The notes under the pieces are model-generated. The model saw only the letters and a list, made by a program, of their open reading frames with translations, had not been told where the DNA came from and ran no database searches. DNA of 63,343 bases, the filler included, from Blastocystis sp. subtype 4 (Eukaryota), in the NCBI RefSeq assembly GCF_000743755.1. It is 45 parts of 45 records of this genome, joined end to end, with 100 filler letters (N's around TTAATTAATTAA, not from the genome) between each part and the next. Parts side by side here need not be neighbours in the genome. Positions count along the whole stretch, not along the records: positions 49,889 to 51,148 come from NW_014568662.1; positions 51,249 to 52,573 come from NW_014568661.1; positions 52,674 to 53,929 come from NW_014568660.1; positions 54,030 to 55,284 come from NW_014568659.1; positions 55,385 to 56,638 come from NW_014568658.1; positions 56,739 to 57,989 come from NW_014568657.1; positions 58,090 to 59,339 come from NW_014568656.1; positions 59,440 to 60,680 come from NW_014568655.1; 37 more parts are not named here. One strand, written 5' to 3'. How positions within the stretch are numbered: the stretch's first letter is position 1; each line of letters opens with the position of its first letter. A program made the translations under genes and the position numbers. Positions 49,889 to 62,556 of this stretch are shown here, piece by piece.

Positions 49889-51148
49889 TCCAGGTAAACA
49901 AATGCAAACTTCAACAGTAACGAGTCCAGTGACATTCCTTCAATCTGGAAGTAACACGATTGCTATTGCGATTGTTGCTATTGCTGATACTCAACTCACA
50001 TCCTATTTCGATGCAATGGTTCGTTTGATGTCATCAGAACAATCTGAATCTCATATCTGGGAATTCACTGCTACATCTACTGGAATGTATGAAACTGCTA
50101 CTTATCCTTTCGATATGTATTCTGGAACATGCATATATAGCTATGACTGTAATTCTAATTCTCTGATTGTGACTCTATCAAACAATCGTCGTGAATGGAT
50201 CAGTTCTGTTCAGATTCAGAACTCTGTTTTCTCATCACAAAGCAATCGATGGGCTACTGAGTTCATTCTGTATGGTCGTAACTCAGATACAGATGAATGG
50301 ACATTTCTGACCAATGTAACTGGTCTCACTTATTCGTTTGCTGGTCAGAAGAGAAGAATCTATTTCCCTAACAATACTCCTTATAATCAATTCAAGTTTG
50401 AGAACTTTGGTTCTGGTGATTCTTCTTCCTGTACCTGGTGGTATATTCAATCTCTGGATCTGTTTGCTGATAATGTGTTGGCTGATATTCCTGATTTCAC
50501 TTATGATTCTTCAGTCACTTTAGTCAAGTATATTAAGATGTCTGAAGTGATTCCTGAGAATGGAGATGGTTACATGAACTTCAGAATCAATCCTTCTCTT
50601 CCTGATGGTATTGTTATCGATCCTTCTGGTTGGATTTCAGGTACTGCCACTTCTGGAAATGGTACTCAAACCTACACCATCACTGCTACTAAGATAAGTG
50701 GAGGAGATGTGACTGATACTATCTCTCTATCAGTTACAATATGTACTGGAGGCAAGGGATTGATGACGGTTCGTATCAGAACTGATAATTGGCCCTATGA
50801 GTATTCATGGAAACTGTATGAAGGAAGAGGAACCTCAGGAACTGTGTTGAGATCTTTAGAACAATTCTCTTTATCGAATGCTTATTACTATGTTGATTTC
50901 TGTTTGAATGATGGTATCTACACATTTGAAGGAAAGGATTCATATGGAGATGGTTGGGCTAATGGAAGTGGTTACACTCTGACTGTTGATTATGGAGAGA
51001 TGGAGTTGGATATCATGACAATGAATGGTCAGAATTATTCACCAATCTATGTATCAACTGTGTTCTCAACATATTTCCCTTTCCAAATTGAATACACAGA
51101 TTGGAAGGTGATACAGAGTGATGTGTCAAGTGATTGGAATACTGTCAG
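49889..51148 (+). CDS. Ig-like surface protein family, segment B, fragment
   Basis: Open across the contig; family motifs. Confidence 0.8.
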
Positions 51149-51248
51149 NNNNNNNNNNNNNNNNNNNNNNNNNNNNNNNNNNNNNNNNNNNNTTAATTAA
51201 TTAANNNNNNNNNNNNNNNNNNNNNNNNNNNNNNNNNNNNNNNNNNNN

Positions 51249-52573
51249 AGATTCAAATCATGAAGAGATCATTCAATTCAATGGATTCTTATCTCTATTG
51301 GCTGGAATGACTTCAACCAACAATTGCTTCGTTTATCCTTATCCTATGACTTCCTCTTACTGTAGCTGGATAGATGAAGGTGATGTTGATGATCCTTTTG
51401 GTGATAATAATACTGATGATCCTTTTGATGAAGGTAATGTTGATGATCCTTTTGGTGATAATAACACTAATGATCCTTTTGATGAAGGTAATGTTGATGA
51501 TCCTTTTGGTGATGGGGGAGATAATGAACCTGATGATGACTCTATCAACGCTTTTGATTGGAATATTACCACAGCAACAGATAAGTTGCCAGAAACAGGT
51601 TCAGCCTTCATTTATTTTTCTGGCCCAAACATTCCACTCATCAATTCTTATCGATTGTTTCATGATCCTATTTCTTCATCTCCTTCTACTTTCTTCTTTG
51701 AGGGATCAGTTTGTTCAGCAGATTACAGCACATGTGAGGATAATGATTTCCTTTTCTCTCCATATGATGTTGTGTACAGATCAGTCGGCTGGAAACAGTT
51801 TGATCTTGTTTCTACTCCTAAAAGATATAATCGTCTTCGATTCACTAATCGTAAGTATCTTGAGGAAGTTGTGATACATGAACTTCAATTCCTTGTTTGT
51901 AATCGTCCTGCGAATAGTATTGAGTATCCTGAAACAGAATACTCATTCTACAAGGATTATCAGATCTCTATTAGTCCGATTCAATATGGATACAGTGATT
52001 GTTCGATTCAGCCTTCACTTCCTGATGGAATGAGTATTGATCCCACCACTTGTATCATCTCTGGTGTATCTCATTCTCTCGGTTCACAACAGTATACTGT
52101 CACATCAACAATGGTCACTCCTCCCATTCAATCTATTCTCAATCTCACATTCATTCACTGTTCTGGAAGTGTCTACAGAATTGAACGAGCATATATGGAC
52201 GATCCTGAGAGAGAGTATTTGAGTATTCGTGATACATCTAATGAGAGTATTATCTATCAGATCAATTCAGGTCATTCATATCCTGCCAATACTGATTTGA
52301 CATATTATCTGTGTATCACTGTGGATCGATTTGATGTTACCTTCTATTCCACTTCTACCTATTGGTCATCTGGTTCATATTATTACATGTATGCTCTGTT
52401 ACCTGATGGTGAAGAGGAAATGGTTCTGAAAGGACGATATGATGCAAAGCAGAATAATGTTCATCATCATTATGTTCGTCGTCCTGTTATCAATCATTCA
52501 GAACAATGGTATTATAAGATGGGTGAAGTGCCTACCAATTGGTTTGGTGATGATACATCAGGTTGGTCTCAGG
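51249..52573 (+). CDS. Ig-like surface protein family, segment A with an acidic repeat insertion
   Basis: Ends match 4360-5702; the middle is divergent. Confidence 0.8.
51373..51513 (+). repeat. Coding minisatellite, five 27-bp units with 54-bp higher-order period (DEGNVDDPF / GDNNTDDPF)
   Basis: GATCCTTTTG recurs every 27 bp. Confidence 0.95.
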
Positions 52574-52739
52574 NNNNNNNNNNNNNNNNNNNNNNNNNNN
52601 NNNNNNNNNNNNNNNNNTTAATTAATTAANNNNNNNNNNNNNNNNNNNNNNNNNNNNNNNNNNNNNNNNNNNNTGATTAGAATCAAACCATTTGTCTTGT
52701 TTGAAGTGTACAATACAAATCTAACAACAAACAATCATC

Positions 52740-53929
52740 TTAAACCTTTATCTGTTTTCCAGATCCCTTCTTTGACATTGTCTTCGTAGACTTCGTAGAC
52801 TTTGAAGATTTCTTTCCCTTCACACCACCTATTGCTTTCGCTTTCGATCCAACTCTCATCAAGAGGAATACAACAATAACAACAATCACAATCACCACAA
52901 TCACAATCAATACAATAGCGAATATGGGCATACAGAATCCAGATGCCTTCTGCCATTCTCCATCTTCACTTCCCAACACACAAGCACGCTTCACATAACT
53001 ACCCTGAAAAGCACAATCATACTCAGCCACTTCACCAACATCAGTCATAGGGAACACACCTTCTGCAACACATCGTCCTTTTCGTACTACAATTGATAGT
53101 GTTGCTTGAGTGGCTCCTGATTGATTCTCAGCATACACAGTGAAATATGTCAAGTCCATAGTATCAATAGGATTACCAGAGATCTCACCAGTCTGGGCAT
53201 TCAGACTCAATCCATCAGGAAGGAACACTCCAGTATCAATATACCAACGCTCCACAATATTCATCACCAAAGGAACACCTGTAGTCACTTGTGTACCCAT
53301 TACAAACATGTATTGTGATGCTTGATAACGAGCATTGGTCACAATGATCCATCTTCACTTCACCCAACACACCATTCGAACACTCACGATATGAATAACC
53401 TCTGTAACCCTCAGGACAAGAAGAAGGAGAGATTTGACCTTCACCCACTGAAGGATAGTTGTCAATTCCAGGACATACAGATCCTGTTGCCTTACAATAG
53501 GCCATATGAACAGAACCCAGAGTTGTTGTAGTTGAACCAGTATCAGTAACCTCCCATCGATATCTACGGAATCCAGCCAGAGCCACAGGAACAGAGATCT
53601 GAGGCTTTGTTCGAGAAGTCACAGTCTGATCCATTGCACGTAGTATTGTCACTGGTTCATCATCTTCATCATCAGGATTGTAGTTAGCAATGATATCAAA
53701 GCCCCATGAACTGACTGTGGTTCCTCCAACCAAGTTGAATGAGTTCCATTTGCTTCCAACCAGATTCTCAACAGTCCATTCAATATAGGTTCCAATAGCA
53801 TTAGATAGCTCACCAACAGTGTAAGGATCAAGATCCATGATTCCAGAAAGAGTACCAGAATTTAGATCAGTGGATTCCAGTGAAGAATAAGAATCAACAA
53901 CAGTAGAACAGTCTTCAACTCCAAATACT
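52740..53929 (-). CDS. Ig-like surface protein family, C-terminus: Cys-rich segments, Ig domain, single TM helix, Lys-rich tail (frameshift near 53340)
   Basis: LPDGLSLNAQTGEISG, IFAIVLIVIVVIVIVVIVVFLL, KGKKSSKSTK; TAA followed 6 nt later by TGTTTGTT (52733-52726). Confidence 0.8.
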
Positions 53930-54029
53930 NNNNNNNNNNNNNNNNNNNNNNNNNNNNNNNNNNNNNNNNNNNNTTAATTAATTAANNNNNNNNNNNNNNN
54001 NNNNNNNNNNNNNNNNNNNNNNNNNNNNN

Positions 54030-55284
54030 GAAACTGACAGTATTCCAATCACTTGACACATCATCACTCTGTATCACCTTCCAATCTGTGTATTCAATCT
54101 GGAAAGGGAAATACGTTGAGAACACAGTGGTCACATAGATCGGTTTGTAATCCTGTCTACTCATTTCCATGATATCCAACTCCATTTCTCCCAAATCAAC
54201 AGTCAGAGTGTAACCACTTCCTGTCCCCCAACCATCTCCATATGAATCAGCTCCTTCAAATGTGTAGATTCCATCATCCAAACAGAAATCAACATAGTAA
54301 TAAGCACTTGATACAGGGAACTCACTTACAGATCTCAGCACAGTTCCTGTGGTTCCTCTTCCTTCATACAGTTTCCATGAATTCTCACTAGGTAGACCAT
54401 CGGCTCTGATACGGAATGTCATCAGTCCCTTGCCTCCAGTACATATTGAAACTGATAGAGAGATAGTAACAGTCACATCTCCTCCAGTCATCTTAGTAGC
54501 AGTGATGGTATAGGTTTGAGCAGCACTTTCAGAAGTGGCAGTACCTGAGATCCAACCAGTGTGAGGATCCAACACAATACCATCAGGAAGAGAAGGATTG
54601 ATTCTGAAGTTCATATAACCATCTCCATTCTCAGGAATCACTTCAGACATCTCAATATCCTTGAATACACTGATTGAAGAATCATAAGTGAAGTTAGGAA
54701 TATCAGCCAACACATTATCAGCAAACAGATCCAGAGATTGAACATACCAAGTGCAAGAAGAATCACCAGTAGCAAAGTTCTCAAACTTGAATTGATTGTA
54801 AGGAGTATTGTTAGCCAAATAAATCTTTCTCTTCTGACCAGGAGTGGAATAAGTGAGACCAGTAACTTCCTTCAGAAGTGTCCATTCATCTGTTCCCAAG
54901 TTACGACCATACAGATTGAATTGAGTTGCCTTACTATTGCTATATGTTGCTGTGTAATAATTCTGAATCTGAACAGAACTGATCCATTCACGACGATTGT
55001 TTGATAGAGTCACAATCAGAGAATTATCAACACAGGATGAATAATAGATGTAGGTTCCAAAATACATATCGAAAGGATAAGTAGCAGTTCCATACATTCC
55101 AGTAGATGTAGCAGTGTATTCCCAGATATGAGATTCAGATTGTTCTGAAGGCATCAAACGAACAACTGCATCGAAATAGGATGTAGTGTAACTGTCAGCA
55201 ATAGCAACAATCGCAATAGCAATCGTGTTACTTCCAGATTGAAGGAATGTCACTGGACTCGTTACTGTTGAAGTTTGCATTTGT
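54030..55284 (-). CDS. Ig-like surface protein family, segment B, fragment
   Basis: Open across the contig; family motifs. Confidence 0.8.
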
Positions 55285-55384
55285 NNNNNNNNNNNNNNNN
55301 NNNNNNNNNNNNNNNNNNNNNNNNNNNNTTAATTAATTAANNNNNNNNNNNNNNNNNNNNNNNNNNNNNNNNNNNNNNNNNNNN

Positions 55385-56113
55385 TCTGTCTTTGAATACA
55401 TTCACAAGGTTCATTTGGCAATGAATTCCTCTTCCAAACTCTTCTATCGCAAATTCAATTTCCGAAATGCTCCTTCATGGATGAATATCTTCAACCGTAA
55501 GACTCTGGGAGGATATTCATGGAAGGTGATTGGATATATGGATTTGTTGTTTGAATGGAAAGCATTAGGAGCATGGATTGATGCTGGATCGATTGTATAT
55601 GATGGAGTGGATGTTGAATTTGGATATGCAAAGAAGGAAGGAATGTATGCTCCCGTATCTCCTGGAACTGTGAAACAATGGACTCACCCAGGAATGATTA
55701 GGTTTGTTGAGAAGACTGGAATGACAAATAAAGTGAATCTAACAGAAGGAAACTGTTCAAGTGGTCACTTCTTCATGGACTTTACAAACAAGACAGCAGT
55801 TGATATCATCTTCAAACCATTTCTTCAATGTGCTTATACAATGAAATGTATTACTCCAAAAGGATCAGATAGGAGAAATCATCGTCAAGAGCAAGCTGGT
55901 CTCACCATATTCCTTCACAATGCTCATCTTATGTATTCAGCTGTTGGTAAGTATTCTCATAGAGCCAGATTCCGTCAAGAGAAATTGGGACAGAAGAAGA
56001 TGAGGCATTTGAGGAAACAACTGATGAAAGAGATTGAAAGAAGAAATGGAATTGTGATATCTCTTGTTTGCTATTTCTCAATCGAAGAGTCGAATAATCT
56101 GGAGGAGGATTAA
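55385..56113 (+). CDS. DUF1647-like (putative glycosyltransferase) protein, C-terminal part; true end may be 56060
   Basis: YSWK, WIDAG, CAYTMKCITPKGSDRRNHRQEQ. Confidence 0.6.
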   Translation, partial: SVFEYIHKVHLAMNSSSKLFYRKFNFRNAPSWMNIFNRKTLGGYSWKVIGYMDLLFEWKALGAWIDAGSIVYDGVDVEFGYAKKEGMYAPVSPGTVKQWTHPGMIRFVEKTGMTNKVNLTEGNCSSGHFFMDFTNKTAVDIIFKPFLQCAYTMKCITPKGSDRRNHRQEQAGLTIFLHNAHLMYSAVGKYSHRARFRQEKLGQKKMRHLRKQLMKEIERRNGIVISLVCYFSIEESNNLEED

Positions 56114-56738
56114 TGAGTAGATGTTAGTATGTATTCACAACAGAATTGATTCTGAGTACTTCCGTTAGTGTGATTGTATCCTACAACAGAATGATTAGCG
56201 GTGTAATCAAATGTTACATCACTTCAAAATATGATAAGCGAAATCAGGTTGCACAATAATTCATAATTAATCGAAGCAGTAAATGCAACGTAGAATGAAC
56301 AAACTGTTCAGATACAAGGCAGATATAGTTTGGATTGGCGAATACCTATTAATCTTCATATCGTTGGTGTCACAGTACTTACAAAGAGAATCAACATATT
56401 AATTGGGATTTGCTGTAATGAATTAGAAGGAAAGATAATGCAGTGAACAAGATGTATTGATCATTAGATAGTATCTGTCAGATGGATTTGAATGAACAAG
56501 AGGTTGATAATGTGATGAGATGATTAGTGGATAGAAAGGGTTGTATCATCAATAGTCCTTTCTATCATTGTTTGTGATTGTTTGAATAGAATCAAAGAGT
56601 TGAAATAACAAATGATTGATTATACAGAATGAGATGGANNNNNNNNNNNNNNNNNNNNNNNNNNNNNNNNNNNNNNNNNNNNTTAATTAATTAANNNNNN
56701 NNNNNNNNNNNNNNNNNNNNNNNNNNNNNNNNNNNNNN

Positions 56739-57709
56739 GTTTGAAGAAGTATTGTGGTTGTTATTATGATGGATTGAAGAATGGATATGGATTATTGTAT
56801 GATCGAAATGGAATGATTGAATATGAAGGATTATTCAGAGATGATGTTATTATTGATTTTAATGATGATGTTGTTATTGTTAATGATGATATGAGAGTGA
56901 AACGTGATGGTTGTGAACTGACTGTTACTAGTTGTGTTGAATCTCTGATTATTGCTGATGATTTCAATCGACCTGATATATCATCATTGACATTGAACTA
57001 TTCATTGATATCATTGAAACGAATTGTGATTGGACATTATTGTTTTGAGAATGTGAGTCAATTTGTGATTGATGGATTGAATAAACTGGAGACTATCATC
57101 ATTGGATGGAGGTGTTTCTCTCTCTGTAATGGTCCTAAAGAAGGAAGCAAATGTTTGATAATGAATTGTGATCGATTGAAACAAATCCACATTTGTAAGT
57201 ATTCATTCATGTATTATGAATCACTTGAATTGAAGAATCTTCCTTCTCTCATATCCATTCAATTGGACTGGTATGTATTCAGTTGTTGTCATTCAATAGT
57301 ATTTGAGAGTATGAATGATTGAATGAATAATGAATGAGATCTGATTCGACTTCAATCCATCACTCTTGGATCACAGACTCTATGTGGTGATGGTAGTACT
57401 GTTGAATGGAATGAGTTAGTAATGAAGAGTATGAATGATACTGATGATTGATTGATCAGATCTTCCTTCTCTATCTCGAATTGATGGCATTGTCAATTTC
57501 AGTAGGATAGGTAAAGTGATATTGGATAGTAATGATTGATGATTGGATTTGAATTAGATATTCCATCACTCACTGAAGATGGAATAAAGTTGGATGATTC
57601 ATTCAATAATGTGTGGCAGTTGAATAGTACTAGTATGGTTGACTGATCAATAATGATTGAGATGCCGGATCTCTTCATCAGTTCATTCGATAAAGTAAAA
57701 TATACCTAA
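56739..57709 (+). CDS. MORN-like + LRR protein family 1, C-terminal part
   Basis: YCGCYYDGLKNGYGLLYDRNG..EYEGLF (MORN-like) followed by LRR units and family introns. Confidence 0.75.
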
Positions 57710-58089
57710 GAGAGTAGTCTACAAGAATCAGATCCTTCTGATCTTTAACTTATCATTCATTTCAATAAAAGGTTATCAGCTAGTTGTGTAATATACTAAG
57801 GTATTGATTGTATTTGTTAATAATGAAGAAACAATTTTGTCATTTATTCTTGGATCATGGATGCTGCGTGATTCATATCATATCATATCATTCATTGTTC
57901 ATAATGGAAGAAGAGAGGATTGAATGATGAAAACAATGAGAATTGTGATGATGGATACGATTATAAATGGATTAAAGAGATTGATGAGGNNNNNNNNNNN
58001 NNNNNNNNNNNNNNNNNNNNNNNNNNNNNNNNNTTAATTAATTAANNNNNNNNNNNNNNNNNNNNNNNNNNNNNNNNNNNNNNNNNNNN

Positions 58090-59339
58090 CAACCTGATGT
58101 ATCATCACCAAACCAATTGTTAGGTACTTCACCCATCTTATAATACCATTGTTCTGAATGATTGATAGAAGGACGACGAAGATAGTGACTAATCACATTG
58201 TTTTGATAACCATCATATCGTCCTTTCAGAACCATTTCCTCTTCACCCTCAGGTAACAGAGAATACATGTAGAAATAGGAATTCGAGTACCATGCAATTG
58301 CTGTGGTATCAAGAGTGATATCAAATCGCTCGACAGTGATACACAGATACGTTTCCCAATCTGTATCAGCAGTATGAGAATGACCAGATTGAATCTCAAA
58401 AAGAATGTTATCATTTGATGAATCACGAATTCTGAAATACTCATTCTGAGGACTGGTCTTGTAAGTTCGAACAATCTTGTAGAATGTCCCAATACATTCA
58501 TTAAAGGTTATACTAATAGTAGTTTGAAGTTGGCTTGTTCCTATCGTAGATGTAATCTGATAAGATGTTGATGGAGAAGCAACAGTTGCTGTTCCAGAAA
58601 TGATACAATATCTGGATCAAGTGTCACACCATCAGGAAGTGGTGGAGAGATAGAACAATCAGTATAACCAAACATAGTGGGAACGATATTGACTACATCA
58701 TAGTCCTTGTAGAACGAATATTGGCTTTGAGGATAGGATACACTCGTTGGAACAGGACGATTACAGACAAGGAATTGGAGCTCATGCACATAAATGGCTC
58801 CTTCCTGAGATGTTTGAGCATTGAATCGAATTAGAGGGTACTTGGGAAGTGTACTCACTAAATCCCATTGAGCCCATGTACTTGATTCATAAACTTGTCC
58901 AGAAATGAGTATAATAGTATTCCAATCAGATGATGTGGATGTTGCACCTTCAATCGAAAAACTACTTGGTCCATTTGTCGGGTGTGTATAAGGCCATAAA
59001 CGAAAAGAGTTGATTTGAGGAATAGATCCAGATATCTCGAAAGTGAGTGAACCAGGAGGAGAAGAGATATAGGCTCCAGTATTTCTCGAAAACGCTACAG
59101 CATAACTCGGATTCTCAAATCCAGTTGATGTAGCTATGACTTCATTTGGAACAACGAAACAATTGTTTGAAGAACTCAAACCAGCCATGAGTGAGATGAA
59201 TCCATCAAACTGAATTTGTCCAGAGGTTGAAAGATCCACAGGATGGACTTCAACAGCCAGAATACTTGACACAGTCACCTCATTAGCACTGCGAATGATT
59301 CCATGATAGTCATAGGATGAATAGCTTCCTGTAGCCACA
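58090..59339 (-). pseudogene. Ig-like surface protein family, segment A, frameshifted near 58610
   Basis: Paralogue of 37398-38684; frame changes after LPDGVTLDPD. Confidence 0.7.
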
Positions 59340-59439
59340 NNNNNNNNNNNNNNNNNNNNNNNNNNNNNNNNNNNNNNNNNNNNTTAATTAATTAANNNNN
59401 NNNNNNNNNNNNNNNNNNNNNNNNNNNNNNNNNNNNNNN

Positions 59440-59671
59440 ACCTACAAAGTCACTTCTGTTCTTCATTTTCACCTCTTCCCATTCTAGCATATTCAACAAT
59501 CTCAACAGGAGCAACAGTTGCTAAATCTAAACGAATCAAATAATCTATGCCTCTGTCTTTTATCCAGTTCATGAACTCAGTCACATTATCTCTTTCTTGC
59601 TTCACATTTTGTTGTAGAGATGCTTACCACACTGCAACAAGCAAAAGCAAGCAAATGAACAATGAAGCCAT
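59440..59671 (-). CDS. N-terminus of a possible SET-domain (LSMT-like) protein with a hydrophobic leader
   Basis: MASLFICLLLLVA, then EFMNWIKDRG...VEIVEYARMGRG across putative tiny introns. Confidence 0.35.
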
Positions 59672-59715
59672 TCAATGAATGGAACAAACAAAACCAATTT
59701 GAATAGACCATCTCC

Positions 59716-60600
59716 TTAGTGAAGGGCAGCGGAGATAAATCCAGTAATCTTTTGAATATGATGACTCTTCACACTACAATTGCAAGCAAACACGGGACAA
59801 GGAGAATCACTCTCAAAAGCAAACGGTCGTCCCTCCTCTCCCAGCTTCATTTCAACATTTCCTTCTTTAAGAACTGTTCTATTCCTCAAAATGAAATGAT
59901 CCTTTCATACAATTCCTTCTCGATGTCTTCGTATACAGTTTGATTATCAGCACATCCAAACAGATCTGATTTGTTGATAGCGAGAAGAAGTGGACAAGGA
60001 TGAGTAACAAAGGAAGGATTCACAAAGAGGTCATACAATTCCCTATGACTCATTATCCAATATTACTATCAACTCTGCAATAGCCTTCACATCATAACTA
60101 GTTCCATCAACCATATAAACAATAGCAGCTGTATGCGATAAGAACTCGTTGATATCTCTAATAATGATGCAATTTAACGAATCCCACTGGCTTGATCCCA
60201 ATTTTCCAGGGATATCAACAATCTTACCAATAACACGTTTTGCATCTTTGCCTTTCGTAAACCTTCCAACTCCAGCATTTGTAATTGATGCAATATTAAC
60301 TTTGGTTGTAGCTGCTTGAGGAGGTACTTGTTGAGTAACCTCGATTGTACTGTCTTCATTCGCATATACCGAAATATTATAAAAGAGAGAAGTCTTTCCA
60401 CTTCCGCACGGACCTAACAGTACGATGGAATCGCCATGAATCGTCAGATGCCTTCTGTCCCGTGTTTTACAGAACACACGAACTGCAAGTATCAATAACA
60501 AAGATAAAGAACATACGAGCAATCAATGCAACAACGAGTAAATAGAACCCCGTAAGAGCAGTCATAAGTGTGATACCAAACGCTTGTTGCTACAGATCAA
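59716..60600 (-). CDS. SRPRB: Signal recognition particle receptor beta subunit (5' end approximate)
   Basis: N-terminal TM, IVLLGPCGSGKTSLF, VDIPG, AIVYMVDG, LLLAINKSDL; several tiny introns; stop at 59718-59716. Confidence 0.8.
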
Positions 60601-60780
60601 ATACCAGTTTATCGAAATACATCAGTCACATGGAAGAAAGACGCTACATTAAATTGAACGTAATAGAATCCTGTGAGTAANNNNNNNNNNNNNNNNNNNN
60701 NNNNNNNNNNNNNNNNNNNNNNNNTTAATTAATTAANNNNNNNNNNNNNNNNNNNNNNNNNNNNNNNNNNNNNNNNNNNN

Positions 60781-62015
60781 GTAACGAGTCCAGTGACATT
60801 CCTTCAATCTGGAAGTAACACGATTGCTATTGCCATTGTTGCTATTACTGACAGTTACACCACATCCTATTTCGATGCAATGGTTCGTTTGATGCCTTCA
60901 GAACAATCTGAATCTCATATCTGGGAATACACTGCAACTATGTCTGGAATGTATGGAGCTGCTACTTATCCTTTTGAAATGTATTACGGAAACAACATCT
61001 ATTCTTCTTCCTGTAGCAGTAACTCTCTGACTTTGACTCTATCAAACAATCGTCGTGAATGGATCAGTTCGATTCTGATTCAGAATTATTGGTCTTCATC
61101 ATCATACGCTGGTCAGGAGGCAACTCAATTCAAATTGTATGGTCGTAACTTGGGAACAGATGAATGGACACTTCTGAAGGAAGTCACTGGTCTCACTTAT
61201 TCAACTGCTGGTCAGAAGAAGAGAATCTATCTGTCTAACAATACTCCTTACAATCAATTCAAGTTTGAGAACTTTGGTTCTGGTAATCCTTCTTCTTGTG
61301 CTTGGAGAGTTCAGACATTGGATCTGTATGCTGATAGCACATTGACTGATATTCCTAACTTCACTTATGATTCTTCAATCACTGTATTCAAGAATATTGA
61401 GATGTCTGAAGTGATTCCTGAGAATGCGGATCGTTATATGAACTTCAGAATCAATCCTTCTCTTCCTGAGGGTATTGTGTTGGATCCTCACACTGGTTGG
61501 ATTTCAGGTACTGCCACTGCTGAGAGTGCTGTTCAAACCTACACCATCACTGCTACTAAGATGACTGGAGGAGATGTGACTGTTACTATAACGTTTGGAG
61601 TCGTAGTATGTACTGATGGCAGGGGTCTGATGACTGTTCGATTCAGAGGTGATTCTTATGCCAATGAGAATTCATGGAAGCTGTATGAAGGAAGAGGAAC
61701 ATCAGGAACTGTGTTGAGATCTGTTAGCGAGTTCCCTGTAGCGGATGCACACTACTATGTTGATTTCTGTTTGAATGATGGAATCTACACATTGGAAGCA
61801 GCTGATTCATGGGGAGATGGATGGCAGGCTGGATCTGGTTACACTCTGACTGTGGATTTGGGAGAGATGGAGTTGGATATCATGGCATTGAGTAGTGGAA
61901 CGAAACCCGTGACTACATCAACTGTGTTCTCAACATATTTCCCTTTCCAGATTGAATACACGAATTGGAAGGTGATACAGAGTGATGTGTCAAGTGATTG
62001 GAATACTGTCAGTTT
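60781..62015 (+). CDS. Ig-like surface protein family, segment B, fragment
   Basis: Open across the contig; family motifs. Confidence 0.8.
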
Positions 62016-62556
62016 NNNNNNNNNNNNNNNNNNNNNNNNNNNNNNNNNNNNNNNNNNNNTTAATTAATTAANNNNNNNNNNNNNNNNNNNNNNNNNNNNN
62101 NNNNNNNNNNNNNNNGGACTATTGATGATACAACTCTTTCTATCCACTAATGGCAATATCCAGGATCGAAACACCAATAACATAATCAACTCCATTTCCT
62201 CTTCAGTACTTCCTATTCACCGTTATCATATCTCTTTTCACTTTATCATATCCAATAGACCGACTCGATGAAAATAACATAAATAACTTGATTGAATGTT
62301 AGAGAGAAGAAAATGACTCGACAGCATGAAGGAAGGCAATATTCATGGTAAATGTTGCCAAACCATGTTGCCCTTATCTACAGAATAGAAATGAAAGACT
62401 TCCGATGAAGCAAGAATGATTTCCAAGAAGTGACTCTGATGGTTTGTATTATTTAATCATTCTGTTGACTGTTATCATAATAGACATTGTTTTGCAAAAA
62501 TGACATTATTACTTCCTATTCAAGGTAACTGGATCATAAAGTCTCTATTCTATTAG

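Noticed and set aside
2916..62015. Diversity-generating retroelement behind the hypervariable loops
   Set aside because: No reverse transcriptase or template/variable repeat pair seen; variation includes indels and does not look adenine-specific
1371..62115. Regularly spaced TTAATTAATTAA palindrome as a CRISPR-like or biological repeat
   Set aside because: Always centred in N44 blocks; it is a concatenation linker. ORFs ending in X...LIN or X...N are artefacts of it
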